Shown here in pieces: positions 1 through 9,534 of a DNA stretch of 58,968 nucleotides. Position numbers and translations under genes: made by a program. Under the pieces are notes generated by a model. It did not search any database. It was not told where the DNA came from and saw nothing but the letters and a program-made list of their open reading frames with translations. Origin of the DNA: an uncultured Bacilli bacterium (GTDB taxonomy: Bacteria > Bacillota_I > Bacilli_A > RF39 > UBA660); assembly GCA_944331935.1 (NCBI GenBank), contig CALVIV010000003.1, forward strand, positions 1 to 58,968, written 5' to 3'. Each line of letters begins with the position of its first letter. The first letter of the stretch is position 1.

Positions 1-675
1 GGAAAATATACAGCAACAGGTGAAACATTTGATGTCGGAAGGACTTGTTTATCAGCTATTAGAAAATATTCTACTGGGATAATTCCATTAAAGTGTGGTG
101 AAGATGGAGAATATTCCAATGGGAATGGATCTCTTATGAGAATTTTACCTGTAGCGTTATTTGCTCATGTTAAAGGTATCACAGAATATGAAATAATAAA
201 ATTAACAAATGAATTATCTTCATTAACTCATGCTAATGATATTAGTAAGTTAGGTTGCTATATTTATATCAAATATGTTTGCTTTCTTTTAGAAGAAAAT
301 ACTAAAGAAGAAGCATATAACAAGATAAAAGGACTTGATTATTCATTATATTCTGAACATGCAATTGAGCAATATAAAAGGATCTTAAAGGAAAATATCA
401 AGGAATTAAATGTTGCTGAAATAAAATCAACTGGTTATGTAGTTGATACTTTGGAATGTGCATTATGGATATTGTTGAATGCTAATAGTTTTAAAGAGAC
501 AATAATTGCTACTACAAATATTGGAAATGATACAGATACTATTGGTGCTATTGCTGGATCTATGGCTGGTATTATTTACGGTATTGACAGTATTCCTGAA
601 AATTGGTTAAATAAATTGCAAAGGAAAGATTATTTAATAGATTTGGCAATAAAGTTTGAAAACAAATTAAATTGA
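1..675 (+). CDS. ADP-ribosylglycohydrolase family protein (5' end outside window)
   Basis: Seen: frame 1 is open from base 1 (GKYTATGETFDVGRTC...NGNGSLMRILPVA) and runs into the 136..675 ORF. The C-terminal GNDTDTIGAIAGSMAG...IPENW segment is present. Known: these are typical metal-site segments of the ARH/DraG fold. Confidence 0.8.
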   Translation, partial: GKYTATGETFDVGRTCLSAIRKYSTGIIPLKCGEDGEYSNGNGSLMRILPVALFAHVKGITEYEIIKLTNELSSLTHANDISKLGCYIYIKYVCFLLEENTKEEAYNKIKGLDYSLYSEHAIEQYKRILKENIKELNVAEIKSTGYVVDTLECALWILLNANSFKETIIATTNIGNDTDTIGAIAGSMAGIIYGIDSIPENWLNKLQRKDYLIDLAIKFENKLN

Positions 676-712
676 TTATCATTGATAATCTTTTTTTTAT
701 TGGAGGTGAGAA

Positions 713-1615
713 ATGCAAAGTAAAACAAGAGAGCAATTGGTCAAAATGTATTTAGAAGCTTTAAAAGAAAATAAAATTCCTTGGCGTGAAAGATGGTATA
801 GTGATTTAAATAAGAATGGTGTTACTAATACTGAATATAAAGGTGTTAATCAATTAATTTTATCTTATGTAGCATATAAAGAAAAATATAAAGATAATCG
901 CTGGCTTACATATAAACAAATAAAAGAAAATAATTATAAAATAACCAATGCCAAAGGAAAGGGAGTTCCAATAGAATTTTGGAGTGTTTATGATATTAAA
1001 AACAAAATACGTTTAGATTTTCCAGCTTATGAAAAAATAATTGAAAAAACTCCAGAAAAACAAAAAGATTTCAAAGTCTTTTGTAATACAACGTATGTAT
1101 TTAATGCAAGTTTAATTGAGGGAATAAAACCGAATGAAAAAAATAACAAGAATACTATACCTACTAATATATATTTCAAAAGATTAATTTCCAAATTACA
1201 TATCGAATATATAGAAGAAGGTGATAAAGCATATTATATTCCATCAAAGGATACTATTGTATTACCACCTTCATCAAAATTTTTTGATAAATATTCCTAT
1301 TATGCTACACAACTTCATGAATTGAGCCATGCTACAGGACATTCTGATAGACTTAATAGAAATTTAAATATTCAAAATAAAAGAGATTATGCTAGAGAAG
1401 AACTTATTGCAGAAATTAGTTCTTCTTTTTTGATGCAAAAATTAAATGTCAAAGTTAAAGAAGATGATTATAACAATCATAAGAGTTATATCCAAAGTTG
1501 GATACAGTTATTAGAAGATAAACCTAATGAATTATTTAAAGCTGTTGGTGAAGCAAATAAAATTTGCGATTATCTTGATTCTAAAGTGAAAAATAAAGAA
1601 AAGGAAAGGATGTAA
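713..1615 (+). CDS. ardC: ArdC-like antirestriction protein (N-terminal ssDNA-binding DUF1738-type domain + zincin metallopeptidase)
   Basis: Seen: the N-terminus reads IPWRERW...YKGVNQLIL...NRWLTYKQIKE...KGKGVPIEFW and the C-terminus carries LHELSHATGHSDRLNR (HExxH). An RBS GGAGGTGAG lies upstream. Known: this two-domain layout defines ArdC of conjugative elements. Confidence 0.8.
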   Translation: MQSKTREQLVKMYLEALKENKIPWRERWYSDLNKNGVTNTEYKGVNQLILSYVAYKEKYKDNRWLTYKQIKENNYKITNAKGKGVPIEFWSVYDIKNKIRLDFPAYEKIIEKTPEKQKDFKVFCNTTYVFNASLIEGIKPNEKNNKNTIPTNIYFKRLISKLHIEYIEEGDKAYYIPSKDTIVLPPSSKFFDKYSYYATQLHELSHATGHSDRLNRNLNIQNKRDYAREELIAEISSSFLMQKLNVKVKEDDYNNHKSYIQSWIQLLEDKPNELFKAVGEANKICDYLDSKVKNKEKERM

Positions 1616-1616
1616 A

Positions 1617-2081
1617 ATGGATCTAGATAAAAAGATAAATGAAATAAAATTTTTCTTAAAAAATTCCGAGGAACATTATGGTAAAGAAATTGAATATATT
1701 CTTGTCAATCCCAAAAATAAAGATGTTTATATATTGTGTGCTGATGGTGATGAAGCTATAGAATTTACCCCATATACAAAATCTTTGCCAAATGGTTATT
1801 CTTACGTTCCTGAGTATGATTATAATTTTGATTATTATTTTCTGAATCACTTAGAAAATAATTTAAAAATCACATATATAAGTTGGAATACTCATAATGG
1901 AATGTGGAATTCAATTAATGAATTATATCCTAATGAAATAAACTGCAAAATAGGTTTAAAAAAGTATATTGATTACTGTAAGAAGAATAATATTACAAAA
2001 GAAAAAATAGATAAATTTACAGATTCTAATGTTCCTAATATTATGACATTATTTAATAAACAAAGAGAGGAGGAAAGATAA
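1617..2081 (+). CDS. hypothetical protein (ICE ORFan)
   Basis: Seen: the ORF starts 1 nt after the ardC stop, is co-directional and has an AGGAAAGGA RBS. I recognise no motif. Confidence 0.5.
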   Translation: MDLDKKINEIKFFLKNSEEHYGKEIEYILVNPKNKDVYILCADGDEAIEFTPYTKSLPNGYSYVPEYDYNFDYYFLNHLENNLKITYISWNTHNGMWNSINELYPNEINCKIGLKKYIDYCKKNNITKEKIDKFTDSNVPNIMTLFNKQREEER

Positions 2082-2584
2082 TGAGGAAACAATATGATGA
2101 TTTTACTCAATTGAAGTTGAAAGATATGAGTAAGAGTATTAGTGATATGACTTATAAATATATTAATCCAGAAACTGATAAACCAACTAAAGTGCCACCA
2201 GCTCATTATGAAAAAATATTAGATCAAGTAACAGAAAAGTATATGGCAGATATAACTTCAAGACAATTTCTTACTATTATGTATAATCAACTTAATGGTT
2301 TAAAAAAGGAAGATGAGAAATATTTTCAACAAGCATTAATTTGCATTGATTTAGGCTTGAATCCCAAAGATTTAAGAATTGATGAACAAATTGCTTTGGA
2401 ATATACGAACGAGTTCTTAAATGAAAGAAAACAAGTGTTGAAAAAGGATAATCATATTTTGGATCAAAGTATTATTGATTTTTATAATGATACAAAGGAA
2501 AATCCTGATATTCAAAGCCATGCTGTTAAAGAATCTAATAAATTAGAAGGACTTAATAAAAGTAATAAAGATATGGAAAGATAA
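2081..2584 (+). CDS. hypothetical protein (ICE ORFan)
   Basis: Seen: the start overlaps the previous stop (ATAATG) and follows an AGAGGAGGA RBS. I recognise no motif. Confidence 0.5.
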   Translation: MRKQYDDFTQLKLKDMSKSISDMTYKYINPETDKPTKVPPAHYEKILDQVTEKYMADITSRQFLTIMYNQLNGLKKEDEKYFQQALICIDLGLNPKDLRIDEQIALEYTNEFLNERKQVLKKDNHILDQSIIDFYNDTKENPDIQSHAVKESNKLEGLNKSNKDMER

Positions 2585-2642
2585 ATCGCACATTTTATTT
2601 TTATCATTTTTTGTATTATCCTATTATAGGAAGGAGTAAAAA

Positions 2643-3089
2643 ATGAAAATACGTAATGCTATTAATGAATCCAATCATGAATTATATGATATTATAGCTT
2701 ATTATTTAATTGGCAAGAATGGGTATTCTCCAAATGTTAAAACAGCTTTACAAAATTTGTATAAGATTGTTTTAGAAGAAATTAATAAGGAAGAAAAAAC
2801 TAGTCTTAGTAGAGACTTAGTAGATTTTAAAACTTATGAAATTGAATGTACCGAGGATGGTAAAACAAATACAGTAGAGATAGATTGGGATTGTTTCTTG
2901 TTAAATGATTTAATGGAATCTTATTTTGGCGATAAGCGTGGATGTTATCCGAAACCAATAGAAGAACTAATCAATAAATTAACACAAGAGACCTTACAAT
3001 GCGTTGTTAAAAAAGGAAAATATCTAAATGATGATGCTGAATTTGTTGAATTTGTAAGAGAATATGAATATGAAGAAGATAATGAGTAA
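2643..3089 (+). CDS. hypothetical acidic protein (ICE ORFan)
   Basis: Seen: an AGGAAGGAG RBS precedes a 148-aa acidic product. I recognise no motif. Confidence 0.5.
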   Translation: MKIRNAINESNHELYDIIAYYLIGKNGYSPNVKTALQNLYKIVLEEINKEEKTSLSRDLVDFKTYEIECTEDGKTNTVEIDWDCFLLNDLMESYFGDKRGCYPKPIEELINKLTQETLQCVVKKGKYLNDDAEFVEFVREYEYEEDNE

Positions 3090-3118
3090 TTATCTTTTTT
3101 TGTTGGAGGTGAAAGTTT

Positions 3119-3496
3119 ATGGAAGTTAAGATAAATAAGGAAATAAGAAATTATACTGAAAGTATTTATTTTGGACTTAATTTAAGACAATTTGTTTTTA
3201 GTATTTTAGGATGTGTTGTAGCTGTTGTTCTATATTTTCTATTAAAGCCATATTTAGGAATTGAAACTTTATCCTGGGTTTGTATGCTTGGAGTTGTGCC
3301 TTTTGCTGCTATTGGATTTTTAAAATATAATGGTATGCCAGCAGAACAGTTTGTATTAGCGTGGATCAAGTCAGAAATTTTAGTGCCTAGACATTTAGAA
3401 TTTAATGCAAAGAATTTTTATTATGAGTTAATTTATAATAAGCCAAAAGAAAAGAAGAAAGGAGTAAAAGATGAAAACGATAAGGAATCTATTTAA
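3119..3496 (+). CDS. PrgI/TcpE-family conjugal transfer membrane protein
   Basis: Seen: the product is small, with FGLNLRQF followed by two hydrophobic helices and ...KYNGMPAEQF. It sits immediately upstream of, and overlaps, the VirB4-like gene. Known: this matches Tn916 ORF17 / PrgI-type proteins. Confidence 0.7.
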   Translation: MEVKINKEIRNYTESIYFGLNLRQFVFSILGCVVAVVLYFLLKPYLGIETLSWVCMLGVVPFAAIGFLKYNGMPAEQFVLAWIKSEILVPRHLEFNAKNFYYELIYNKPKEKKKGVKDENDKESI

Positions 3497-5801
3497 AAGA
3501 GATAAAGAAGAATTTAATATACCTAAAAGTATTCAAGATACCATACCAGTAAATAGAATATGGAAAGATGGTATTTTTTTATTAGGTAAAGATAAATATA
3601 GTAAAACTTATAGATTTACTGATATTAATTATGCAGTTGCTTCTAGAAATGATAAAGAAGCAATGTTTTTAAATTATTCTGAATTATTAAATTCACTTGA
3701 TTCTAGTGCGACGTCAAAAATAACAATTCTAAATAGAAGATTAAATAAAGTAGATTTTGAGAAGAATATATTATTGCCAAAAGCGAATGATAATTTAGAC
3801 AAGTACCGTGATGAATATAATAGGATGTTAATTGAGCAGGCAACAAATTCTAATTCAATGGTTCAAGAGAAATTTCTTACTATATCTATAAATAAAAATA
3901 GTCTAGATGAGGCTAGACAATATTTTACTCGGATTTCTGCTGAATTAAATAATCGTTTTCGTGAACTCGGTTCAAAAGTCGAATCATTAAGTGCAAATGA
4001 AAGATTAAGAGTAATACACGATTTTTATAGAGTGGGAGAGGAATCTATTTTTAATTTTGATATGATAGACAATATGAGAAAAGGGCATTCCTTTAAAGAT
4101 TATATATGTTCAGATTCTTTATCTTTTGAAAAAGATTATTTCGAATATGGAAATAGATATGGACGTGTATTATACTTGAAAGAGTATGCTAATTATATAA
4201 AAGATGATATGGTTGCAGAATTGACAGATATGGATAGAAGTATGCTTCTATCTATTGATATAATACCAATCCCCATGGATGAAGCGATACGTGAGGTGGA
4301 AAACAGAAGATTAGGTGTAGAAACTAATATTACTAATTGGCAACGCAGACAAAATAACAATAACAATTTTAGTGCTGTTATTCCTTATGATTTGGAGCAA
4401 CAAAGAAAAGAATCGAAAGAATTTCTAGATGATCTTACTACGAGAGACCAAAGAATGTTTGTATGCGTTATTACTATGGTTCATACTGCTAAGACTTTAG
4501 AACAATTAAATCTAGATACAGAATCTTTATTATCTACTGCTAGAAAACATTTGTGTCAGTTAGCGGTATTAAAGTATCAACAAATGGATGGATTAAATAC
4601 GGTTTTACCTTATGGAGTAAGAAAAATAAATACATTAAGAACATTAACAACTGAATCATTAGCTGTTTTTACACCATTTAGAGTACAAGAAATTAATCAT
4701 GAAAATGGAATATATTATGGTTTAAATGTTATATCTAAAAATATGATAATTGCAGATAGAAGGCAACTACTAAATGGTAATTCTTTTATATTAGGTGTTA
4801 GTGGAAGTGGTAAGTCTTTTACTGCAAAAAATGAAATAGTTTCTATTGCATTACGTGATCCTACAGCAGATATCATTATTGTTGATCCAGAGCGAGAAGA
4901 AAGCAGGTTGGTAAAAGCATTAGGTGGAGAAGTAATTCATATATCTGCTACAAGTGAAAATCATATAAATGCAATGGATTTAAATAGTGAATATGGTGAT
5001 GGTGCGAATCCTGTAATATTAAAGTCTGAATTTATTTTATCTTTGTGTGAACATTTAATGGGTGAAAAGTCTTTAGGCCCAAAAGAAAAATCAATTATAG
5101 ATAGATGTACTGCCAAAGTTTATAGAGTGTATCAACAGGGAAATTATCAAGGTGTCCCACCAACTTTACAAGACTTTAGAGAAGAATTATTAAAACAACC
5201 AGAGGAAGAGGCAAAGCAAATTGCCCTTGCTATCGAATTGTTTACAGATGGATCTTTAAATACATTTGCTAAAAATACTAATGTTGATACAAATAATCGT
5301 ATTATATGTTATGATATCTTAGATTTAGGAAAACAATTACTTCCTATAGGTATGCTTGTTGTTTTAGATAGTATTTTAAATAGAATTACAGCTAATAGAA
5401 ATAAAGGAAGAAGTACATATATTTTCATAGATGAAATATATTTATTATTTCAACATGAATATTCTGCTAATTTCTTATTTACTTTATGGAAACGTGTTAG
5501 AAAATATGGAGCTTATGCTACAGGGATTACACAAAATGTGGAAGATTTATTACAGTCTCATACTGCAAAAACTATGCTTGCAAACTCTGAATTTATTGTT
5601 ATGTTAAATCAAGCCTCAACTGATCGTCTTGAATTAGCGAAATTATTAAATATTTCAGAGTTACAATTAAGTTATATAACTAATGTTGGAGCAGGTGAAG
5701 GACTTTTAAAAGTAGGACGTAATCTAGTACCATTTGAAAATCATTTCCCTCATGATTTAGAATTATATAAATTGATGACTACTAAACCAGGGGAAGAATA
5801 G
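3471..5801 (+). CDS. VirB4-like conjugal transfer ATPase (Tn916 ORF16 / CD1110-type)
   Basis: Seen: 776 aa with Walker A GVSGSGKSF, Walker B IFIDEIYLL and the C-terminal GITQNVEDL motif. Known: this architecture is typical of Firmicutes type IV secretion energising ATPases. Confidence 0.85.
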   Translation: MKTIRNLFKRDKEEFNIPKSIQDTIPVNRIWKDGIFLLGKDKYSKTYRFTDINYAVASRNDKEAMFLNYSELLNSLDSSATSKITILNRRLNKVDFEKNILLPKANDNLDKYRDEYNRMLIEQATNSNSMVQEKFLTISINKNSLDEARQYFTRISAELNNRFRELGSKVESLSANERLRVIHDFYRVGEESIFNFDMIDNMRKGHSFKDYICSDSLSFEKDYFEYGNRYGRVLYLKEYANYIKDDMVAELTDMDRSMLLSIDIIPIPMDEAIREVENRRLGVETNITNWQRRQNNNNNFSAVIPYDLEQQRKESKEFLDDLTTRDQRMFVCVITMVHTAKTLEQLNLDTESLLSTARKHLCQLAVLKYQQMDGLNTVLPYGVRKINTLRTLTTESLAVFTPFRVQEINHENGIYYGLNVISKNMIIADRRQLLNGNSFILGVSGSGKSFTAKNEIVSIALRDPTADIIIVDPEREESRLVKALGGEVIHISATSENHINAMDLNSEYGDGANPVILKSEFILSLCEHLMGEKSLGPKEKSIIDRCTAKVYRVYQQGNYQGVPPTLQDFREELLKQPEEEAKQIALAIELFTDGSLNTFAKNTNVDTNNRIICYDILDLGKQLLPIGMLVVLDSILNRITANRNKGRSTYIFIDEIYLLFQHEYSANFLFTLWKRVRKYGAYATGITQNVEDLLQSHTAKTMLANSEFIVMLNQASTDRLELAKLLNISELQLSYITNVGAGEGLLKVGRNLVPFENHFPHDLELYKLMTTKPGEE

Positions 5802-7402
5802 TGAAAGACATAAAAACAAAAGATAGTTCTCGTAAGGGAATTAAAACGCTTAATAAAGCTAGTGCGTGGACTGAGAGAATTAAAGATCCTATTGTTTATC
5901 TAAATGATAAATCAAACGAAATAAATTCAAACAATAATAATATAAATGAATATGGATCAGACAAAATAAAATATTATAGTAACAGAATTAAAGATGAGAC
6001 AATCCATGGAGCTGGTAAACTAGTAAACAAAGGAAAAACTAGTTTAATAAATAAAATTAAAAGACGAAATATAAAGAATACTGCTGGTACAAGTAAAATT
6101 AAAACAAAGGTAGCTAATGCTAAAAATATAATGAATAATACAAAAAAGGCAGCACAACGAAGTAAACAAATGGCTATTCAAGCTAAAAGACTAGCCATAA
6201 GTATGGCAAGAACTACACGAAGAGCAGTAATGGCTATATCCAAAGGTGTTATTTTAGGAGTTAAAGCATTAATAAGTGCTTTAAGCTCATTAATTGGCTT
6301 ATTGGCAAGCGGTGGAGCAATTGTGATGATAGTAATTATTGTTATATGTCTAATTGCCGCCTTATTAGGTTCAATTTTTGGTATCTTTTTTTCCAATGAT
6401 TCAAATAGTAGAACTATGACTAGTGTTATTAGTGAGATTAATCAAGAGGTTTATAGAAATGTAGAATCACAAAGGCTTTTATCACAAGCAGATGAAATAG
6501 TTTTTGAATCAACCTATTCTAATTGGAAAGAAGTAATTGCGGTTTATTCTGTAAAATATGCTAATGATAATTCGGAAGATGCTGAGATTGTAATGTATTT
6601 AGACGATAAAAACGTTAGAAGATTAAAGACTGTTTTTTATGATTTTAATACAATCATTACTGAAGTTAGAAATGAAGAAAATGCAAATGAAAGTAGTCCA
6701 CCAGAATTTAATAATAATCCAGTTAATGGGCAGGGAAAAACTATATTATATGTAAAAGTCACATCAAAATCTTTAGAAGAAATCATGAATAATTATAGTT
6801 TTAGTGATGACCAAAAAGAACAAGTTAAAGAATTAACTAGTTCAGAATATGATGATATGTGGAGTCATCTATTGTATGGCTCTGAAACAGGAGATTATAT
6901 TTACTGGAGGCAGAAAAATGCAAGTTGGTCAAATATACAAATTGGTAATTCAGGGAAAACAATTAGTGATATTGGTTGTCTAGTTACATCTGTGGCAATT
7001 TTAATACAAAAATCTAATGTTAATAATACAATACTCCCTTTTAATCCTGGTATTTTTGTTGAAAATTTAAATAACAATAATGGATTTGATAATAATGGTA
7101 ATTTACAATATGCTGCCATTACGAAAATAATTCCTAATTTTCAATATAAAGGTAGAGTAACTTTAGCTGGAAAAAGTAAAAATGAAAAATTAAAACTAAT
7201 AAAAACATATCAAGAACAGGGATATTATATAGCTATGGAAGTGTTAGGAGATACAGGTCAGCATTGGGTTGCAGTGATGAATGTTGTTGGTAATGAAATT
7301 AAAATGGTTGATCCTAGTACGGATAATATAGATGTTTGGAATACATATAATTGGAAAAATAGTTCGCAATTTGTGTATTTTCAAGCTAACTTGGCTAGTT
7401 AA
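5801..7402 (+). CDS. membrane-anchored conjugation-associated cell wall hydrolase (C-terminal C39-like/papain-like cysteine peptidase)
   Basis: Seen: the GTG start overlaps the virB4 stop. The N-terminus is Lys-rich, followed by a long hydrophobic segment (GVILGVKALISALSSLIGLLASGGAIVMIVIIVICLIAALLGSIFGIFF). The C-terminus carries the Cys motif SDIGCLVTSVAIL and the His motif GQHWVAV. Inferred: it plays the peptidoglycan-hydrolase role that Tn916 ORF14 and TcpG have. Confidence 0.55.
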   Translation: MKDIKTKDSSRKGIKTLNKASAWTERIKDPIVYLNDKSNEINSNNNNINEYGSDKIKYYSNRIKDETIHGAGKLVNKGKTSLINKIKRRNIKNTAGTSKIKTKVANAKNIMNNTKKAAQRSKQMAIQAKRLAISMARTTRRAVMAISKGVILGVKALISALSSLIGLLASGGAIVMIVIIVICLIAALLGSIFGIFFSNDSNSRTMTSVISEINQEVYRNVESQRLLSQADEIVFESTYSNWKEVIAVYSVKYANDNSEDAEIVMYLDDKNVRRLKTVFYDFNTIITEVRNEENANESSPPEFNNNPVNGQGKTILYVKVTSKSLEEIMNNYSFSDDQKEQVKELTSSEYDDMWSHLLYGSETGDYIYWRQKNASWSNIQIGNSGKTISDIGCLVTSVAILIQKSNVNNTILPFNPGIFVENLNNNNGFDNNGNLQYAAITKIIPNFQYKGRVTLAGKSKNEKLKLIKTYQEQGYYIAMEVLGDTGQHWVAVMNVVGNEIKMVDPSTDNIDVWNTYNWKNSSQFVYFQANLAS

Positions 7403-7425
7403 TTAAGTTGACTAGCCATTTTTTT
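7392..7425 (+). terminator. rho-independent terminator
   Basis: Seen: the perfect 8-bp stem TGGCTAGT/ACTAGCCA spans the stop codon and is followed by T7. Confidence 0.7.
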
Positions 7426-7447
7426 GTTTTAAAAAATATCTTTAAAT

Positions 7448-7469
7448 GAACAAATGTTCGTGATATAAT
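7448..7469 (+). promoter_or_regulatory. LexA (Cheo) box GAACAAATGTTC abutting an extended -10 TGATATAAT
   Basis: Seen: GAAC-N4-GTTC lies at 7448..7459 and TGATATAAT at 7461..7469, about 17 nt upstream of the polymerase start. Known: the Gram-positive LexA/DinR consensus is CGAACRNRYGTTCG. Confidence 0.65.
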
Positions 7470-7485
7470 TATTTTGGTGATACAG

Positions 7486-8988
7486 ATGGGAAGAATTTTT
7501 ATGTGTATTGATTTAAAAAGTTTTTATGCTTCTGTTGAGTGCGTTGAAAGGAAGTTAGATCCATTAAAAACAAATTTAGTTGTTGCTGATGAATCAAGAA
7601 CAGATAAAACTGTATGTTTAGCAATTAGTCCATCATTAAAACAATATGGTTTGGGAGGAAGAGCTAGACTTTTTGAAGTTAAACAAAAAGTAAAGGAGAT
7701 AAACCTTCAAAGGAGAAAATTAAATAACTATAGAAAGTTTAGTGGAAAATCATATTTGGATGAAGAATTAAAGAAAAATAAAAATTTGGAATTAGATTTT
7801 ATTGTAGCTCCACCTAGAATGGCTTATTATATGAAATACAGCACAAATATTTATAATATTTATTTGAAATATATTGCACCAGAGGATATTCTTGTTTATT
7901 CAATAGATGAGGTATTTATTGATATAACTGATTATATTTCACTTTACAAATGTACACCGAGACAATTAGTTACGAAAATGATTAAAGACGTATATGAAAC
8001 AACTGGTATCACTGCTACTGCGGGAATAGGGACGAATATGTTTTTAGCAAAGGTGGCAATGGATATTGTGGCTAAAAAATGTAAACCGAATGAATTTGGA
8101 GTTAGAATTGCTGGTCTAGATGAGATGACTTTTAGAAAGAAATTGTGGGACCATAAGCCAATAACTGATTTTTGGCGTGTTGGTAAAGGAATAGCTAATA
8201 AACTTGCTAAAAATAATATGAACACTATGGGGGATGTTGCAAGATGTTCTCATTATAATGAAGATTTATTATACAAATTATTTGGTGTTAATGCGGAATT
8301 ATTGATTGATCATGCTTGGGGATGGGAACCTTGTACAATTGAAATTGCTAAAAGTTATAAACCGACTGAAACATCACTTAGTTCTGGACAAGTTTTGCAT
8401 GAGCCATATGATAATAAAAAAGCAAAAATTATTGTACAAGAGATGGCGGATAATTTGGCTCTTAATCTAGTAAATAAGAAATTTCTAACAAAACAATTGG
8501 TTTTAACCATAAATTATGATATTGAAAATTTAACTAATCCCGATATTTTTAATAAATATTTTGGAGAAATAACTTTAGATTCGTATGGAAGAAAAATACC
8601 AAAGCATTCTCATGGAACAGTTAATTTAGAGCATTATACTTCTTCGTCTAGCATTATTATGGAAAGCTTTGTGAATTTGTTTGATAAAATTTCTAATCCT
8701 ATTCTGTTAATTAGAAAGCTAAATCTAACGGTAAGTAAATTGATTTGTGAAGATAAAGTTCAGACTAATAAAAAAGTGGAACAAATTAATTTGTTCACTG
8801 ATTATAAAAAAAAGGAGATAGAAGAAGCAAAACAAAAAGATGATGAGAATAAAGAAAAAGAAATACAAAAAGTCATTTTGCAAATAAAAAACAAATATGG
8901 AAAAAATGCTATCTTAAAGGGAATGAATTTGACAGAAGGTGCAACTGCGATTGAAAGGAATAAGCAGATAGGAGGACATCATGAATAA
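7486..8988 (+). CDS. Y-family (UmuC/DinB/UvrX-like) translesion DNA polymerase
   Basis: Seen: the N-terminus reads [26 protein letters not shown] and the SIDEVFID and [12 protein letters not shown] motifs are present. I prefer the ATG at 7486 over the TTG at 7474 given in the ORF track. Confidence 0.85.
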   Translation: MGRIFMCIDLKSFYASVECVERKLDPLKTNLVVADESRTDKTVCLAISPSLKQYGLGGRARLFEVKQKVKEINLQRRKLNNYRKFSGKSYLDEELKKNKNLELDFIVAPPRMAYYMKYSTNIYNIYLKYIAPEDILVYSIDEVFIDITDYISLYKCTPRQLVTKMIKDVYETTGITATAGIGTNMFLAKVAMDIVAKKCKPNEFGVRIAGLDEMTFRKKLWDHKPITDFWRVGKGIANKLAKNNMNTMGDVARCSHYNEDLLYKLFGVNAELLIDHAWGWEPCTIEIAKSYKPTETSLSSGQVLHEPYDNKKAKIIVQEMADNLALNLVNKKFLTKQLVLTINYDIENLTNPDIFNKYFGEITLDSYGRKIPKHSHGTVNLEHYTSSSSIIMESFVNLFDKISNPILLIRKLNLTVSKLICEDKVQTNKKVEQINLFTDYKKKEIEEAKQKDDENKEKEIQKVILQIKNKYGKNAILKGMNLTEGATAIERNKQIGGHHE

Positions 8989-9427
8989 ATATGACGATAT
9001 TATTGATTTGCCACATCATGTTTCTAAAACAAGAAAGCCGATGAGTTTATATAATAGAGCAGCACAGTTTGCACCTTTTGCAGCATTAACAGGTTATGAT
9101 GATGCAATAGAGGAAACTGCAAGGTTAACCGAAACAAAGGTAGAACTGAGTGATGAATTAAAAAATGATTTAAATCAAAAAATAAATTTTATAAAGAATA
9201 ATATAAAAGTCCATCCAGAAATTACAATTAAATATTTTGTTCGAGATAATAAAAAGAGTGGTGGTATATATAAGTCGTTAACGAGTATAATTAAAAAGGT
9301 TGACGATTTTAATAAATGTCTTATTTTTGCTGACAATACAAACGTTTACTTTGATGATATTATTAGTATCACCTGGCAAAGTGATTTTAATAAAGTTTTA
9401 TTAGATAATGAGAAAAATAGTGAATGA
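8981..9427 (+). CDS. YolD-like protein (accessory to the Y-family polymerase)
   Basis: Seen: it overlaps the polymerase stop by 8 nt and contains [23 protein letters not shown]. Known: YolD-like proteins follow uvrX-type polymerases in SPbeta and in ICEs. Confidence 0.65.
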   Translation: MNKYDDIIDLPHHVSKTRKPMSLYNRAAQFAPFAALTGYDDAIEETARLTETKVELSDELKNDLNQKINFIKNNIKVHPEITIKYFVRDNKKSGGIYKSLTSIIKKVDDFNKCLIFADNTNVYFDDIISITWQSDFNKVLLDNEKNSE

Positions 9428-9467
9428 ATTTTATGATTGTTGTACTTAACATAAATTATAATTATAT

Positions 9468-9500
9468 AAAGCGAATCAGATTGTTTTAGATTCGCTTTTT
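9468..9500 (+). terminator. rho-independent terminator
   Basis: Seen: the 9-bp stem AAGCGAATC/GATTCGCTT is followed by T6. Confidence 0.75.
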
Positions 9501-9503
9501 TCA

Positions 9504-9512
9504 TGGTATAAT
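9504..9512 (+). promoter_or_regulatory. extended -10 element TGGTATAAT
   Basis: Seen: TGgTATAAT sits about 22 nt upstream of the SWIM gene start, immediately after a terminator. Confidence 0.5.
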
Positions 9513-9534
9513 TTGTATATATGGAGATGGAGCA

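Noticed and set aside
1656-2206. Minus-strand ORFs 1656..1850 and 1973..2206. The other antisense track ORFs belong here too: 3166..3369, 6178..6396, 6901..7119, 7944..8225, 10067..10264, 16796..16987, 23433..23636, 24902..25138, 26153..26383, 29524..29724, 32990..33184, 34176..34364, 35733..35942, 39497..39700, 44143..44343 and 48698..49000.
   Set aside because: All lie fully inside longer, motif-supported genes on the opposite strand. They encode Ile/Phe/Leu-rich low-complexity peptides, as expected from reading AT-rich coding DNA backwards, and have no RBS. I treat them as shadow ORFs.
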